Part shown: in pieces, positions 1-12,310 of the stretch
Layout of the letters: each line of letters starts with the position of its first letter
Position numbering within the stretch: the first letter of the stretch is position 1
NCBI RefSeq assembly: GCF_033153115.1
Contig: NW_026889796.1
Span: 7,130,001-7,194,000 of the forward strand
Length of the DNA: 64,000 bases
Reading direction: 5' to 3'
From: Saccostrea echinata
Lineage: Eukaryota
Notes under the pieces: model-generated
Told to the model about the DNA's origin: nothing
Databases searched by the model: none
The model's input: the letters and a program-made list of their open reading frames with translations, nothing else
Position numbers and translations under genes: made by a program

Positions 1-350
1 TGAGTTTTGACCTCGTGACCCTGAAGTTTGTCCTAATATTGAAAAGTTTGAATGAAAAAAGATAGGGCGTTCTATTTGACAAGTGCTTTACCTATGACAA
101 GACATTTCCTAATGTGTTATGATATTTGATCCAGTGACCTTGACCTTTACCTTTAAGTTTGACTTTTTAAAAAAAAATATCACTGGTTATAACTTCTGAG
201 GGAGAGAAGATAGGGCATACATGTACCTGTGACAAGGCGTTTCCAAATGTATTATGAATCTTAACTTCATGCCCTTGAAGTTTAATCTTATTTCTAAAAA
301 TGATGACTTTTAAATGAGAGAAGATAGGACATTTATATTTGACATGTGCA
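1..350. repeat. Degenerate ~150-bp tandem repeat (tgaccttgaccttt family)
   Basis: Recurring gatagggc..tgacaag..tgaccttga units; a related array lies at 11740-12310. Confidence 0.5.
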
Positions 351-574
351 TTACAATGTACCCAAACAATTGCATCCCAACCACTAATACACCGAAAGCG
401 TCTGACCACCATGTTTTGAATTTGAATTTGCATGTTTTTTTCTGTAAGATTTGAGACTTAATTAAAATGTTATAATCATCAAATTAACCATTTCAATGGC
501 TAAAAATAGGAAATGCATCTTTGTTCCACCTATTTTTCTGCAATGAACAATTGAAGTTCGAGAGCTTGTTACAG

Positions 575-712
575 CTTGTCGGCCGGGTACATACGGTAAA
601 GACTGTAAGGAAGACTGTCCTGACGGGAGATATGGACTTTTCTGCCAAGAAGTTTGCAACTGCTCTTCTTGCGACAAAATTGCAGGGTGCCAGCCGAACT
701 TAACTCATCTGG
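575..712 (+). CDS. Unit A: 8-Cys EGF-like (MEGF10/SREC/Draper-type) exon of a receptor paralog; 5' exons lie outside the window and no TM exon is seen
   Basis: ttgttacAG|CT TGT CGG...CAT CTG G|GTaatc; 138 nt, phase 1-1. Reads CRPGTYGKDCKEDCPDGRYGLFCQEVCNCSSCDKIAGCQPNLTHL. Close paralog of exon 17922-18059, with shared flanking intron (~445-905 vs ~17720-18260). Confidence 0.85.
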
Positions 713-1391
713 GTAATCTTTTTTTATCTCTAGATTTCTAGAAATTTTAGATTATATTTTGAAGGAAACAAACCAGGAGCCAATATGAAAACACCCATTA
801 TAAGATTAATATATGGTATCTTATGTAGTTGCAAAAAGTATTACTATATTTTGATCGGATATGGAGCTAACTGATATGTTTCCCCTGTAGGAAAATGGTT
901 GTTGAAATATGATTATATCGCAGAATGATCATTTAATAAGGAACTGAACCCAATTATGACGTAACAATAAGCAAATGAATACGCACCAAATATGGCTTAA
1001 ATGTATCACGCACTAGATTATCGCAAATGCGTGAACGTCATAAATAAAAATTATGGCAAATCTGCATCAATTAAGAAGTATTTCAGTTCAATAAAANNNN
1101 NNNNNNNNNNNNNNNNNNNNNNNNNNNNNNNNNNNNNNNNNNNNNNNNNNNNNNNNNNNNNNNNNNNNNNNNNNNNNNNNNNNNNNNNNNNNNNNNNNNN
1201 NNNNNNNNNNNNNNNNNNNNNNNNNNNTGTTGAACTCTCGACCTACGGAATATGTCTCCTAAGAGTACAGGAACAGCGCGTGTAGGACAGCGCAGTGCGA
1301 TCCACTAGCATTGCTTTGTGGGTCTCGAGGTTGCTGCTGAAAAAAATCATATGGTGCGAAGTCCGAATTTTTTCTTCGCCTATGCGTTGTC

Positions 1392-1677
1392 TTTGTTGTT
1401 TAACGTACCTTTCGAAAATTTTCCCTCATATGGAAAACGCCACCACTTGCCGGTGGAGGGCTGCAAATTTATACTTATACTCGGCACTCAGGGTCATTGA
1501 GCAGTAAGGGATCTTTTTAGTGCCAACTACTATAGCGACACGGGGCCTCGGTTTATGCGGTCTCATCTGAAGGAGCGGTCTCCATGTCCCGAAGTGGATT
1601 CTAACCCGCCACGTAAGGATTAGCCCTCTACTCCATGATTCTAGAGCAGACATTTTAACCATGGCGCCACGCGGGCG
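1392..1677 (-). mobile_element. tRNA-derived SINE (molluscan Meta/MESC-core type likely)
   Basis: Shares the core gaaaattttxxctcatatggaxacgxcacc..gggctgcaaattt..tactcggcactca..ttgagcagt with seven other copies; A/B-box-like head at the right end. Confidence 0.8.
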
Positions 1678-3115
1678 TTATCGTAGAGCTCGCTGCGCTT
1701 TCTATTAGTTATAAACAACTGAAGTTGATTTAAAAAAATATTTCAATTTTACAAGGCCTTAGCCATTCGTTACATAATGTACTACGATATTTTGGGGTCA
1801 CTTTGTAGCTCTTTAAATTCTAAACTTCGGCAAAATCTGACGAAGGACCATTTCTCCATATCGCTGCCACCAAATATTTGTATTGTGTATATTAAGATTG
1901 TATCCTCTCTGTATGTTCCCTGGCTACTAATCCTGCCCTTTTAAAAATAGATGATCAAAAAATTTTGTGCTGGCTGAGAAAAACTTGGCATATATTGTAA
2001 TTATCATATGGGCATGAAACTTGACAAAATGTCTTAACGAATGTAAGAATTGTAAGCAATTGACCTCCAACGATCCGCCATTTGAATTAGCTGTTGGAGA
2101 CACCTTGCCTTACTGCAGCTGTAACGTAGTTGCTGTACCTATATGAAAGGAGTGCATAAATGTTTATAATCAGTTTTGCAAATCTTAAGAGATTTTTTAG
2201 TGAATTGAGCTAAATTAGTAATGCTTGAGTGTTGTACCTGAAAAGTGACAAAATAATGGTCCAGAAAAATTGGGACATACATGCAGCAAGTCCCACACCC
2301 CAATTTATAATTTTTGAAGGTCTGATGTATATTGCGATTTGGTTACTGATCAAGGACACATCTCCCACTTGCAGTATCCTATCTGATGTATTATCATTTG
2401 ACAGAGTGAATTTAGCAGTACATGAAATGCAGGGGTAAATGCTGCCTTAAAGAGAACAACTTCGTATACACTGCTGCTAATTTTTGTGGCTTACTTAAGA
2501 TATCTAATGTAATTGGAAGCCCAGTGTCAGTCCCTGGATTCGATCTCTTCATAACTTGCAACAAATTTTGAACAACAAATGTTTTGCAGGGCCCGAGTCT
2601 AATACAGTTTACAGTAATAGTTAACTGCGAAATGCAAGACTTAGCGGTAGCATATTTTAAACTTTTTAACGAGAAATAAGCAATAGACATGTTTAGGTTA
2701 CAGCTTAAGTCGGCCATGATAAGATGAAGTCTTAAGATTGACAGATCTTCTCAAAGCTTGAATACGCGCCTTATATGCATTGTGTGTTGACTGGCAGAGA
2801 TGCTGTAAGAAGTCGTTCTACTTCATCAACGATAATGATATCGGGAATGGTCCCAGAATTGGTTGAGGGTTCTTGTCCATGTTAGTTGCTAGCCTTCTTA
2901 AAAATCCCCATTGTTTGAGCGATATTGCATAATCAAATTCAATGTCTGATATGTGCTGGGCTTTAATTTGTATACCCTTATGTAATGCAACCAGCTTTAG
3001 TGGCCTAAGAAATGACACTTTCCTATCAGATCGTGTTGATTATTTATGCAATATGTGAATAACTTGCCTATGATTTTATAAAAACAACCCTGGTATAAAC
3101 AGTGATTCTGGGAGT

Positions 3116-4675
3116 TACTGTGGTTTCATTAATATTCGTTTGTTTTGTTTGTTTGTTGTTTAGCGTCCCTCTCGAGAATTTTTCACTCATATGGAGACGC
3201 CGTCACGTGCACTTGCTGGTGGAGAGCTTCATATTTTTGTCCTATACTCCGCACATACGGCCATTGAGCAGTGAGGGATCTTTTTCGTGCCAGCACCTAC
3301 TGCGACACGGGACCTCGGTTTATACGGTCTCATCCGAAGGATTAGTATTCGTGGGCATCAATTTTCGTGGATTTAGTAAAAATCACTGTTTCGAGGATAC
3401 GCACATTCGTGGATAATGATCATACAAAAAACGAAAAAAAAAATCATTACTTTTTCTTTTTTTACTCGCCGTATGCTTCAGCGGGAATCTTCACGCCATT
3501 TACAATGTTAAGAGAATGTTAATATTTTAAATCAGTTACTAACAAGTGAAAACTTTAAATTAATATTTATAGTTTACTCATCTGCAATCTCAAAAGTCAC
3601 AACCTTCAAGTGTTTACATGGCAGTGTACATGGTATAAAACAATAAAGGGTGAGAATTTACAAATACTGCCTTCAATGTAAGACTTTGATCTCGAATGGC
3701 AAATTAAATATCGGATATTTAAACAGATTATGAAAAACAATTAATTAAAATAGTTTTTAATTTCATCAACGTTTCGGTTAAAAGGTGTGCAAGTATCTAA
3801 AATATTAAGACAGTTTGAATTTTATCTTTATGGCGCGCATACGGACGACGGACAACAGGGTATTTAAAAAGTAAAAAAAATTCTTAAGTACTTAAATTTA
3901 CCAAAAGTGTTAGAGACTTATTTTCACATGCACAGCGTGTTTTTTTGGACTTGACAGTGACATCTTCACAAACCCCCATCCACGCTCGCTGGATACGACT
4001 TAACACATAGACATACAAAATGGACGACAAACAAGCCTTGAAGGGCTTCGAAATGGCAGAAATTCCACAACAAAAATACCCGTTAAAATGCTTTTAAATG
4101 AAAGTCAAATTAACATTAAATTGTTTTTATAATTTGTATGATTTAAGCCAGTTAAGAATAGAAAGTATCTAATTATTGCTACCAGAATTTTTATTTTACG
4201 ATAATTAGTGTTTTCATTGTGCAGATGATAATTGGTGTTGGACCCTTAGATGTTTGGGAATAATGAATTTATTCATTCACATCTGATTATCTATCATCCT
4301 TTATGTTATACCACCGATTGGTATTTGCACAACTTTGACAGATCTATGTGTTTTTTGTTTATCTCAGTGTAAAATATTTATACATATTGATTAAAAAAAA
4401 ATTCCAGATAATTATCTAAAATGTATTTCCTCCCTCTCTCTCTCTCTCTTTTTTAAATATTCTTAAAACGATAAAGTAAAAGTAATCTGTTGGGAAAGGG
4501 AGGATTGGGAGGGGGTATTCACATATATCAACGAAAGTCGTAATATGCTTTTTATATGTCTATCATAAATAAATATGTAGGCACCAAACTTCGATGAACA
4601 TTTGATTTTGTGGATCGACTCAACAAAGAAATCCACAAAAATTGGTGTTCCACGAATAATGACGAAACCACAGTA
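3116..4675. mobile_element. Non-autonomous DNA transposon (Tc1/mariner-like, TA-flanked) with a nested SINE
   Basis: TIRs TACTGTGGTTTCAT ... ACGAAACCACAGTA; the left arm is interrupted by a SINE. Confidence 0.7.
3140..3340 (-). mobile_element. 5'-truncated SINE nested in a MITE
   Basis: (TTTG)n tail plus SINE core; flanked by an attaatattcgt / attagtattcgt target duplication. Confidence 0.8.
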
Positions 4676-5289
4676 TCTGGATGCTGACCTATTGGTTTTG
4701 TTTTAGAAATCACCCCCAAATATGAAGTCTACCATTCTACATTGTAGTACATTAGCAGACAGTATAAAAATTTTAATACATGAGAGAAAACGTATACTCA
4801 GTGTATAACAGAAGACATTGGAGGTCAAAGTGTAATGGAATAGTTTAGGTATAATTTTATCTCTTCGTTCCAGTAAGAGCTCAAGTGTTGCTCTTTGAAC
4901 ATTATCCCTGAAAACAGATTTTTACCAACATGATTTCCTTATTCAACAAAAACAAGCAACAAAAATAGAATGTATTCCTTAATTTGGAAATATCTTTCCT
5001 TATACTTCAAGAGTCGTGTCATTGACTGCACATCATTATTCGGAAACAGTGTTGGTGGGTAATCTGCACAAGGTTAACAGGAATAAAACATCTCAATTTT
5101 TAATATAATGGCCATTCAAACGGTAATATACATGTATGAAGACTCGAACTTGGTGCAAAGTTTGTACTTTAGAAGAACTTGATTTTTATTCTTCATCTAG
5201 AAATATAATTCAACTTACACTCTCAGTTCACTTTCTAGGAATGAAATTCTAAAGATAAAATTCACCAAAATCATATTTCGGTCTTCAAT

Positions 5290-5720
5290 ACTTTTAACAA
5301 TTCAGTCAGCAAAAGTGAGTTGCTTTTACTCTACCTATTCTTGGATTCTTTAACTTTTAAATATCCTTGCAAACAAAAATACATTGCAGGGAAAAGCAAA
5401 TGCTCTACCATGCCTCTATCTAAACTCCTCACAAAAATACTAATTAGTGTGAGAGAGAAACTTTTGATGCACTGTGCAACAGCATGTATAAAGTGGTTCC
5501 AATCGAATGTCGATTCTCCAAAGAACTAAAAAAAATTAAAATCACCAAATTTTTCAAAAGTCAATAACATCAAAACGTATGTCTTTTCTACACTCTATAC
5601 AACTATTCCTCACAATAAATTAAAGACTATGGGTAGTCTTTTTCAAAGACAACTATTTCTTCAATAAAAAACAAAACTCGGAAATATTCAAATGTTGTGA
5701 TTGGTCGTCTACAAATTTAA
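5290..5720 (+). mobile_element. Degraded Penelope-like (Naiad-type) RT fragment
   Basis: KQKYIAGKSKCSTMPLSKLLTKIL and IKTY(V)FSTLYTTIPH motifs; frameshifted. Confidence 0.75.
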
Positions 5721-5759
5721 TGAAATATGGAGGTAACGAACAGTACTCAAACTCAAAAG

Positions 5760-7960
5760 TCCTTGTTAACAATACAATTCAGGAGCAGAGCAGGCCCCAT
5801 GGAGGAGTGAGCATCTCCTGCCGACCGGTCACACCCTCCAAGTGCTCCTTGTCATGATCGGGAAAAACGGACAAATCTGTAGACAATTCAGAGTCTGAAT
5901 AATGGGTTAACAATTAGTTTGTCGAACGTCAGTCAGTATTTGACTAAATGATATATTGTATTTGCTGACAAGGTCGTTGTATCTACCGTAGAACTTGCGA
6001 CATGATGATTTTAAACGAGACTGTTGATATTCTTGTTTCATTAACTTGTTTGTCAAAAGCTTGCATTGTTTTAAAAATTGTTCGTACATAGAGCATGCTC
6101 TTGCGTATAAAATCAACTGAGAGACATAAACCCCATATGCAGGTTATCAGGGTATATTGCTACATAAGAAAAGAAAGTTGACGGTTGAAAATTGAAGCCA
6201 TCACATTTGACATAAAGCGTTTTTTTTTAGTTTACCATTAACGTCTTTTTCTAGTAAAATATCCAAATATGAAACAGATGTGTCAGACTCTGTGGTATCT
6301 TTTATTTCAAGCTCACTGGGATATATCAAGTCGACATATGAATGGAAGTAACTATCATTAATTGATAATACGTCGTCGATAAATCTAGAGGTCAAGTTGA
6401 AGGCAACAGCAAGTGTTTTCTTCTTCTCATGTAAAATTTTGAATAAATTCTACTTCATATGAATACAAAATAATAAGTCTACTAGTAACTGGGCGCAATT
6501 GGTACCCATTGGAATTCTGACAGATTGTTGGAATACCTGGTCTCCAGAAAGAATATAGATATTGTCAATCAGAAACTCAAGCATATTTTCAATGTCAACT
6601 TTAGAGTACTTATGTGTACAATCAGAATGTTGTATGGTTGTATGAAGTGTTGAAAAGTCGTGCGATTTGATGTTATTGATTTTGGTAAAATTTTGAGATT
6701 TCAAATTTTCTAAAAGTTCCCTGGAATTTTTAAGTAGCCATATCTGATTTACACCGTTTCTCGAATATATTGTTGTACAGTACTCCTGAAGTTTCTCCTT
6801 CACTTTTGTTCATATTGTAGTGAGGAGTAAAGAAAGAGGCTTTGAACAAAATTTACTGGAACCCGCTATGTATCTTTGTTTGTACGGATTTTCATGAAGT
6901 ATATGAAACCATTATAAGAAGGGTACTATTGAATCATTTTAATTCGTTGGGGTCAATGTTCATGGGCTAGCAGCAAAATTGTACTTGTTCGTGGGAACGT
7001 AATTTCGTGGGTTACTCGTTTATACAGTCGGTTCAATGAATCAATGCGTTTACAAAATAAAAGTTCGTGAGGGTGTAAATTCGTGGTTAAGGGAGACCCA
7101 CGAAATCCACGAACATTGGTTCCACAGTAATTCAAATTCATTTTAATTGTTTTTTGAAATATTAAAAAAAATAAATCTGACATATATGGCTTTGAAGCAT
7201 TGTCTCCTTAGAAAGGGAACTATGGGCATAAGTTGGATTACCACTTGCAGAATTAAATCCCAGTTCCTCTAAAATACAATTGAAATAATGAGCCTTACAG
7301 ACAAAGACATGTTGTTACCTGCTTTGTCAGCTGGGATCAGTACATGCTGATCGTGTAATCTATCTAATTCCTTTTTTTTTACTTCTGAATTACTGACGAC
7401 AGAGAGATAGATGGTTTTCACATAGTCCCTCCGTGGCTTAATGCTAGATTTTAACATTCATCTGCTACATTTAATCCATTCTGACAAGGTGTCAATGTCT
7501 TCTTTTTCATGTTTGGCCCTTCACCTGACGTAATCTTCCACAGAATTCATAATATTTATGAAATTATGAAGCCACTTGAAAGATTGGGGTTCCCTAGTTT
7601 TTCGCCCTTCTAATATCAGTGATTTAAAGTCCTCATTATGAACTATTTTTACGTCAGCAGTACTGACGTGTCCAGCAGGACAATAGTTGTAGGGTGAAGA
7701 CGTTGGAGGATTATGTTTCAAATGTTCGATTTTTATGTCATATAGAGTTTTCTTGTAAATAAATAATTTGGAAGCAATAGTCTTTGTTGGCATTGCCGTT
7801 TAAGGGAAAAAGCAGGATGTTTTAGCAGTATTTTCTTCCGTAAAATGTGGCGGTTCAAAAGGCCTATGATTTGCAATATCCATAATAACAGACCCGATCC
7901 TGTATTCTGATGTCGATATATCCAAATATAGACTTTTCTTGCCTTTTTCAAATAGACTTT
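5760..7960 (-). mobile_element. Degraded Penelope-like retroelement (Naiad-type, RT at C-terminus)
   Basis: Minus-strand ORF pieces in RT order: PAGHV, PADKAGNN, DFSTLHTT, IPMGTNCA, RFIDDVL, SYLDILL, YARAC, RKFYGRY, then stop and the conserved 3' element. No endonuclease follows the RT. Confidence 0.85.
6924..7129. mobile_element. Small TA-flanked MITE inserted in the Penelope element
   Basis: Ends TACTATTGAATC ... GTTCCACAGTA; related to 43744-43949. Confidence 0.6.
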
Positions 7961-8269
7961 TTCAAAGTTTCAAAGGGACAGAGTAAAGGTTGGTGAGAAT
8001 GTAATGAAAAAAAAAATGAGAATGTAATGTTTATTTACATAAAGTACATGTAGTAGTGAATCAAATGAGACATTGTGTATAAGTTATTTTAAGACTGGTG
8101 TCCATGACTACGCTTACCTCTCGGTGTATTGTAAAAGTCCCATCACATTCACATAGATACACTGTGGACTGAAAAGATTCCCAACACTATTGAAATTGTC
8201 ATTGCATCCATATGGAAAGCACGTTCTAGTTTTCCAATCAAGTATTCGTCTTGTTGTCTACGTAAAGAT

Positions 8270-8790
8270 TATTTAAAAGCATTCTGAATCTATACACAGA
8301 TACTCTGATGTTGATATAAAAAGGATGCTGGAGTTCCTCATAGACAGCATCTATATAATCTTTGGAGACCAGGTCTTCCAACAATCTTTTAATATTTTAC
8401 TGGGCACAAATTGTGCTCCTTTAAAAACTGTCCTGTTTTTATTTATTTCTTTGAGTCAGAATTTATTCAAAACCTTCTACATGAGTAGAGAAAAACTGTT
8501 GTTGTAGCCTTCAACTCAATATTTACTTGTAGATATATCGACGACGTTTTTCAATTAATAAGTTATTCCCATACATATGTCGACGATTTATCTCAATTAA
8601 CCCAAAATAACAGACACCATACTCTGTCACATCTGTTTCATATCTAAATATTTTACTGACTATAGACGATAATAGCCTACATGTACTAGGGACAAAACTG
8701 TATGAAAAATGAGATGACTTCAGCTTTCCAACTTTCCTTATTTATGTAGTAATATTCCACTGTCACCAGCACATGCTGTTTATGTCTTCC
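8270..8790 (+). mobile_element. Degraded Penelope-like RT fragment
   Basis: MLEFLIDSIY..GDQVFQQS..GTNCAPL, RYIDDV, LYEK*DDFSF. Confidence 0.8.
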
Positions 8791-8803
8791 AGCTAATTTC
8801 CGT

Positions 8804-9140
8804 TCACGGTAAACTAGTGGTAGGGCGTTTGCTTCGTGACTGGAATACCAGTTTCGATTCTCATTCGCGTCATATCCAAGATGCAAACATATACAATGCC
8901 CGTTTCTTCGCCAAGCACCCCAAACTAGAGGTGAATGTCACGGTTCTTTTGGATTTCACTTTAAAATCCGATTTCCTATATCATGGTAGGCGTTAGCATT
9001 ATAAAGGACCTTCACTGATAAATGGCCCTAAGTGCCGAGTATAGTTGTAAATTTGAAACCATTCACTGGTATATGGTGACGTCTCTATATGAGTGAAAAT
9101 TTTTTGAATGGGACGGAAAACAACATACAATCAACCTATC
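8804..9140 (+). mobile_element. tRNA-derived SINE (diverged)
   Basis: Head with A/B-box remnants; core ggtgacgtctctatatgagtgaaaatt; (CAAT)-type tail. Confidence 0.7.
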
Positions 9141-10789
9141 CCGGCTTATTCGATAGGGCTCATGGCGGATGCGTCCGGTCTAGATGAGATGCTGTCTCCT
9201 TGTAAGCACCTGATCCAACCTCTGGAATCCCCAGGGGTTTGTGTTTTATGCCCTGTTCATAAACTTTTATTGATCAAAAGATTTTTGGAATCGATCACGG
9301 TTCTTTACCTTCACCTTTTTTACTAGAGCTAATTGAAGATTATTATTTCATTTGAGACTGTCGCTTCAGACAGGACATAATTGTATGTTTTTTAAATGCC
9401 CATTGATGATACCTACTCTTGAAAACTTGTACAGTGTACATCTCCAAAAAAGTAAGACGATTTGCACAGAACTTCTTTATTTTTATATGAAAATAAAAAG
9501 AGATCACAATTGTTTCATGGCATTTCAGTATTGTACGAAGCAATGTATTTGATAATGTCTTATATAGTTATGCTTAGAAATTAATATTTGTTTAATTTTT
9601 ACACTGGTTTCTTTTTTTGAGAAATCAAACAACCACACTCCTGTAGATAATAGAAACTGTTCAAGGTATTTTATGAGTTTTAATTGTTCGAAATACGGAT
9701 GCAGTCTTCATTAAATTTTTAAAAAGATGAAACAGAAGTTAAATGCTTTAAAATGCATTTCAGATCAAATATTAGAGACGATCTTGAATGCTGTGAGAAT
9801 TACAGACGAGTCGACAATAAATGTGAAGGTAAGAGCTTATAAAAGTTGTCAGGCAATATCATAGAAGATGAAATACATGTAACTACATGTATTTATTTCA
9901 TGTATTTCATATTCTATTGTTTTTGGTTCTGTTTATGCATATTTAAGACTACGCGATCAAAGTAAAAAAAATCAGTTTAAAAAAGAAACGACTTTTTTAT
10001 TCTTTTTTTTTTTGAATTTCGATTACACCAATACATTCATATCATGCTTTACTAAGGCATAATGTTGGGCAACATTTCTATGAATATAGTTTTTTTTTTT
10101 ATTAACGAAGGATAGTGAATGACCACAAATGACGTCCATAGATAAACCTATGAAAAACCTATGAATATGTATCATGTGAAATCGGTTTCAAACTCAATTA
10201 ATTATGAAATTATGTAAATAATACTGATTGTTGTTTTAGAAATTCAATTTCACCCTGGGGGCAAAACGGGGGGGGGGGGGGGCAAAATGATGTTTTTCTA
10301 CAAAAAAAAATGGTTCTAGAACTCCTCTTACATTTTAAGAAGTATCCAAATCATCTTTGAAAGATGATTGCAGGTGTCCTATAGGTAGTTGAAAACAACA
10401 CAGAACAACCCGGTGTTCAGTGCCCTATGTCATGTGCAAGAAGCATGTATTTGCTTTTAGAGAGGTTATTGACAGGGATATGTCGAAGATAATTGGTAGT
10501 GACAGGGATATGTCGAAGTTAATTGGCAGTCCAAACCACTTTCTCTTTATGTTTTTCCCCTGGTTATCTCCATTCATCAGATATCTCGAAGTTTTGTCCC
10601 GTCTAGTTTGAGATTACGAGGTTTGATTGTATCTGTTTTAACTACCACGGCAACACTTTTCAACGAAATCAAAAATAGATGAACAGACATATATGTATCT
10701 TAGTGTACATGTAATCTACTTGCAATTGCGCAGTCTTATTGAATCGGATCAAAACGTTAAGAGGAGTAGTTTTTTGAATTTTGAAAACA

Positions 10790-11255
10790 ATTTTGATTCT
10801 GTCGAAGCTTTCATATAATTTCCACTTTTCTTGCCCATTGCTTCTTGAAAAGAAGACTTTTAAAGATTTTTTAATAAACGTTCCCATGTAAAACTTTGAT
10901 CGCCTCTGTTGGCCCCACCCTACCCCTAGAGGTCATGATTTGAACAAACATGAATCTACACTATATGTAATGAATCTTTCACATAAGTTTATACTTTTCT
11001 GATCAGGTTATTCTTGAGAAGATTTTTGAAATTTTCTCTCCTTCTTATCTCTCCTTGAAAGAAGGCTTGACCATTCATTATATAAATCCCTTCACCGAGG
11101 ACATTTTGAGGTAATTATGTTTAGATAGGCCCAGCAGTTCTTTAGAAGAAGATGATATTGTATCAACTTAACAACCAAGACAACAACAATGACAGACAAC
11201 AAACAAATTTTGATTAAAAAAACTGACTTAATCCTTTAGCTCAGGTGAGTTAAAA
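10790..11255 (+). mobile_element. CvA/pearl-like Helentron-associated element with Cg170-type repeat units
   Basis: gaagatttt..ggccccaccctacccc..gtcatgatttgaacaaac.tgaatctacact units, an (ACA)n microsatellite, and the terminal cctttagctcaggtgagttaaaa motif. Confidence 0.6.
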
Positions 11256-11739
11256 TAAGTTGGAGGGGGGGGGGGTAAGGATGACCCTGGAGCACTTGCC
11301 CAACATTATATTCTATGCTTAACTTTAAGATGCATGGGATACATCTAAGTATATATTGGTTAACTTTTCCCAAGTACCATGAGATTTGGTACTGAGCAAA
11401 GGGAGGGACCAAATCGAGGCGAGGGAAAAGTTTAACTACATATTACTCGAGATAGCATCTCTTTGGGTTTTTTCCTATTTCATCACATCTGTCGTGTGTT
11501 TCTTGTTATTTGAATTGAGATAATGATGATTTAATCCTGACTAGTCCAATTTTGTACAGCCTTTGTATGATAATTATACCCTGAAAGATATGTTTACTTA
11601 CATAAAGTCAGGTGAGGGTCCATGTGAGTAGCTTTCAAATATAATATAGTTATTTCTGCTTACACAAAATATGAAGACAGTCATGCATTTTCTAATGGAT
11701 TTCAGTCAGGAACTCACTTGTAGTTTCTTTTTGACTTAG

Positions 11740-12310
11740 ATTGGAGAAAAAAATATCAAGATTTAAAAAAAAAGAAAAGTTTAATATTAACTTGACCACC
11801 AACATCAAAACTTTGATCTTGAACTTGAAATTTGATCCAGATAGGGATAAGGGGAGAGAAAATATACCCTGGACAAGGATTTTATACAAAGAGGTTTTCT
11901 GACTTTGACCTTTCATCTATGAAATTAGTTCAAGGTCACTGAACATCCTCCACGCCATGAACATTTAATGAGTGAAATATAAGTCTACCTGAGAGAAGAG
12001 AAGGAGAGAAAAATTGCTTTGGACAAGAATTCTACACAAAAAACCTTTTTCAACCTTGACCTTTGGACTAAAAAATTAATTTACGTCACTGTATAACCTC
12101 TACCCAGGTGTTCTCTTTAGGTGAAATTTGAGTCCGACTGAGCCAAGGGAAGAGCGTATACTTAAAAACAAGGATTTTACACAGGGGTTTTTGACCTTGA
12201 CCTTTGCTTGAAAAATTGGTACAAGATCCCTGCTCATCCTCACCCATGGTTGAAGTTTGGACCAGGTAGGGTCAAGGGGAGAGTAAACATACATCAGACA
12301 AATTTTTTTA
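11740..12310. repeat. Degenerate ~150-bp tandem repeat array
   Basis: Repeated ggagagaaaat..ggacaaggatttta.aca.ag..ttgaccttgacctttg..caaggtcact units. Confidence 0.55.
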
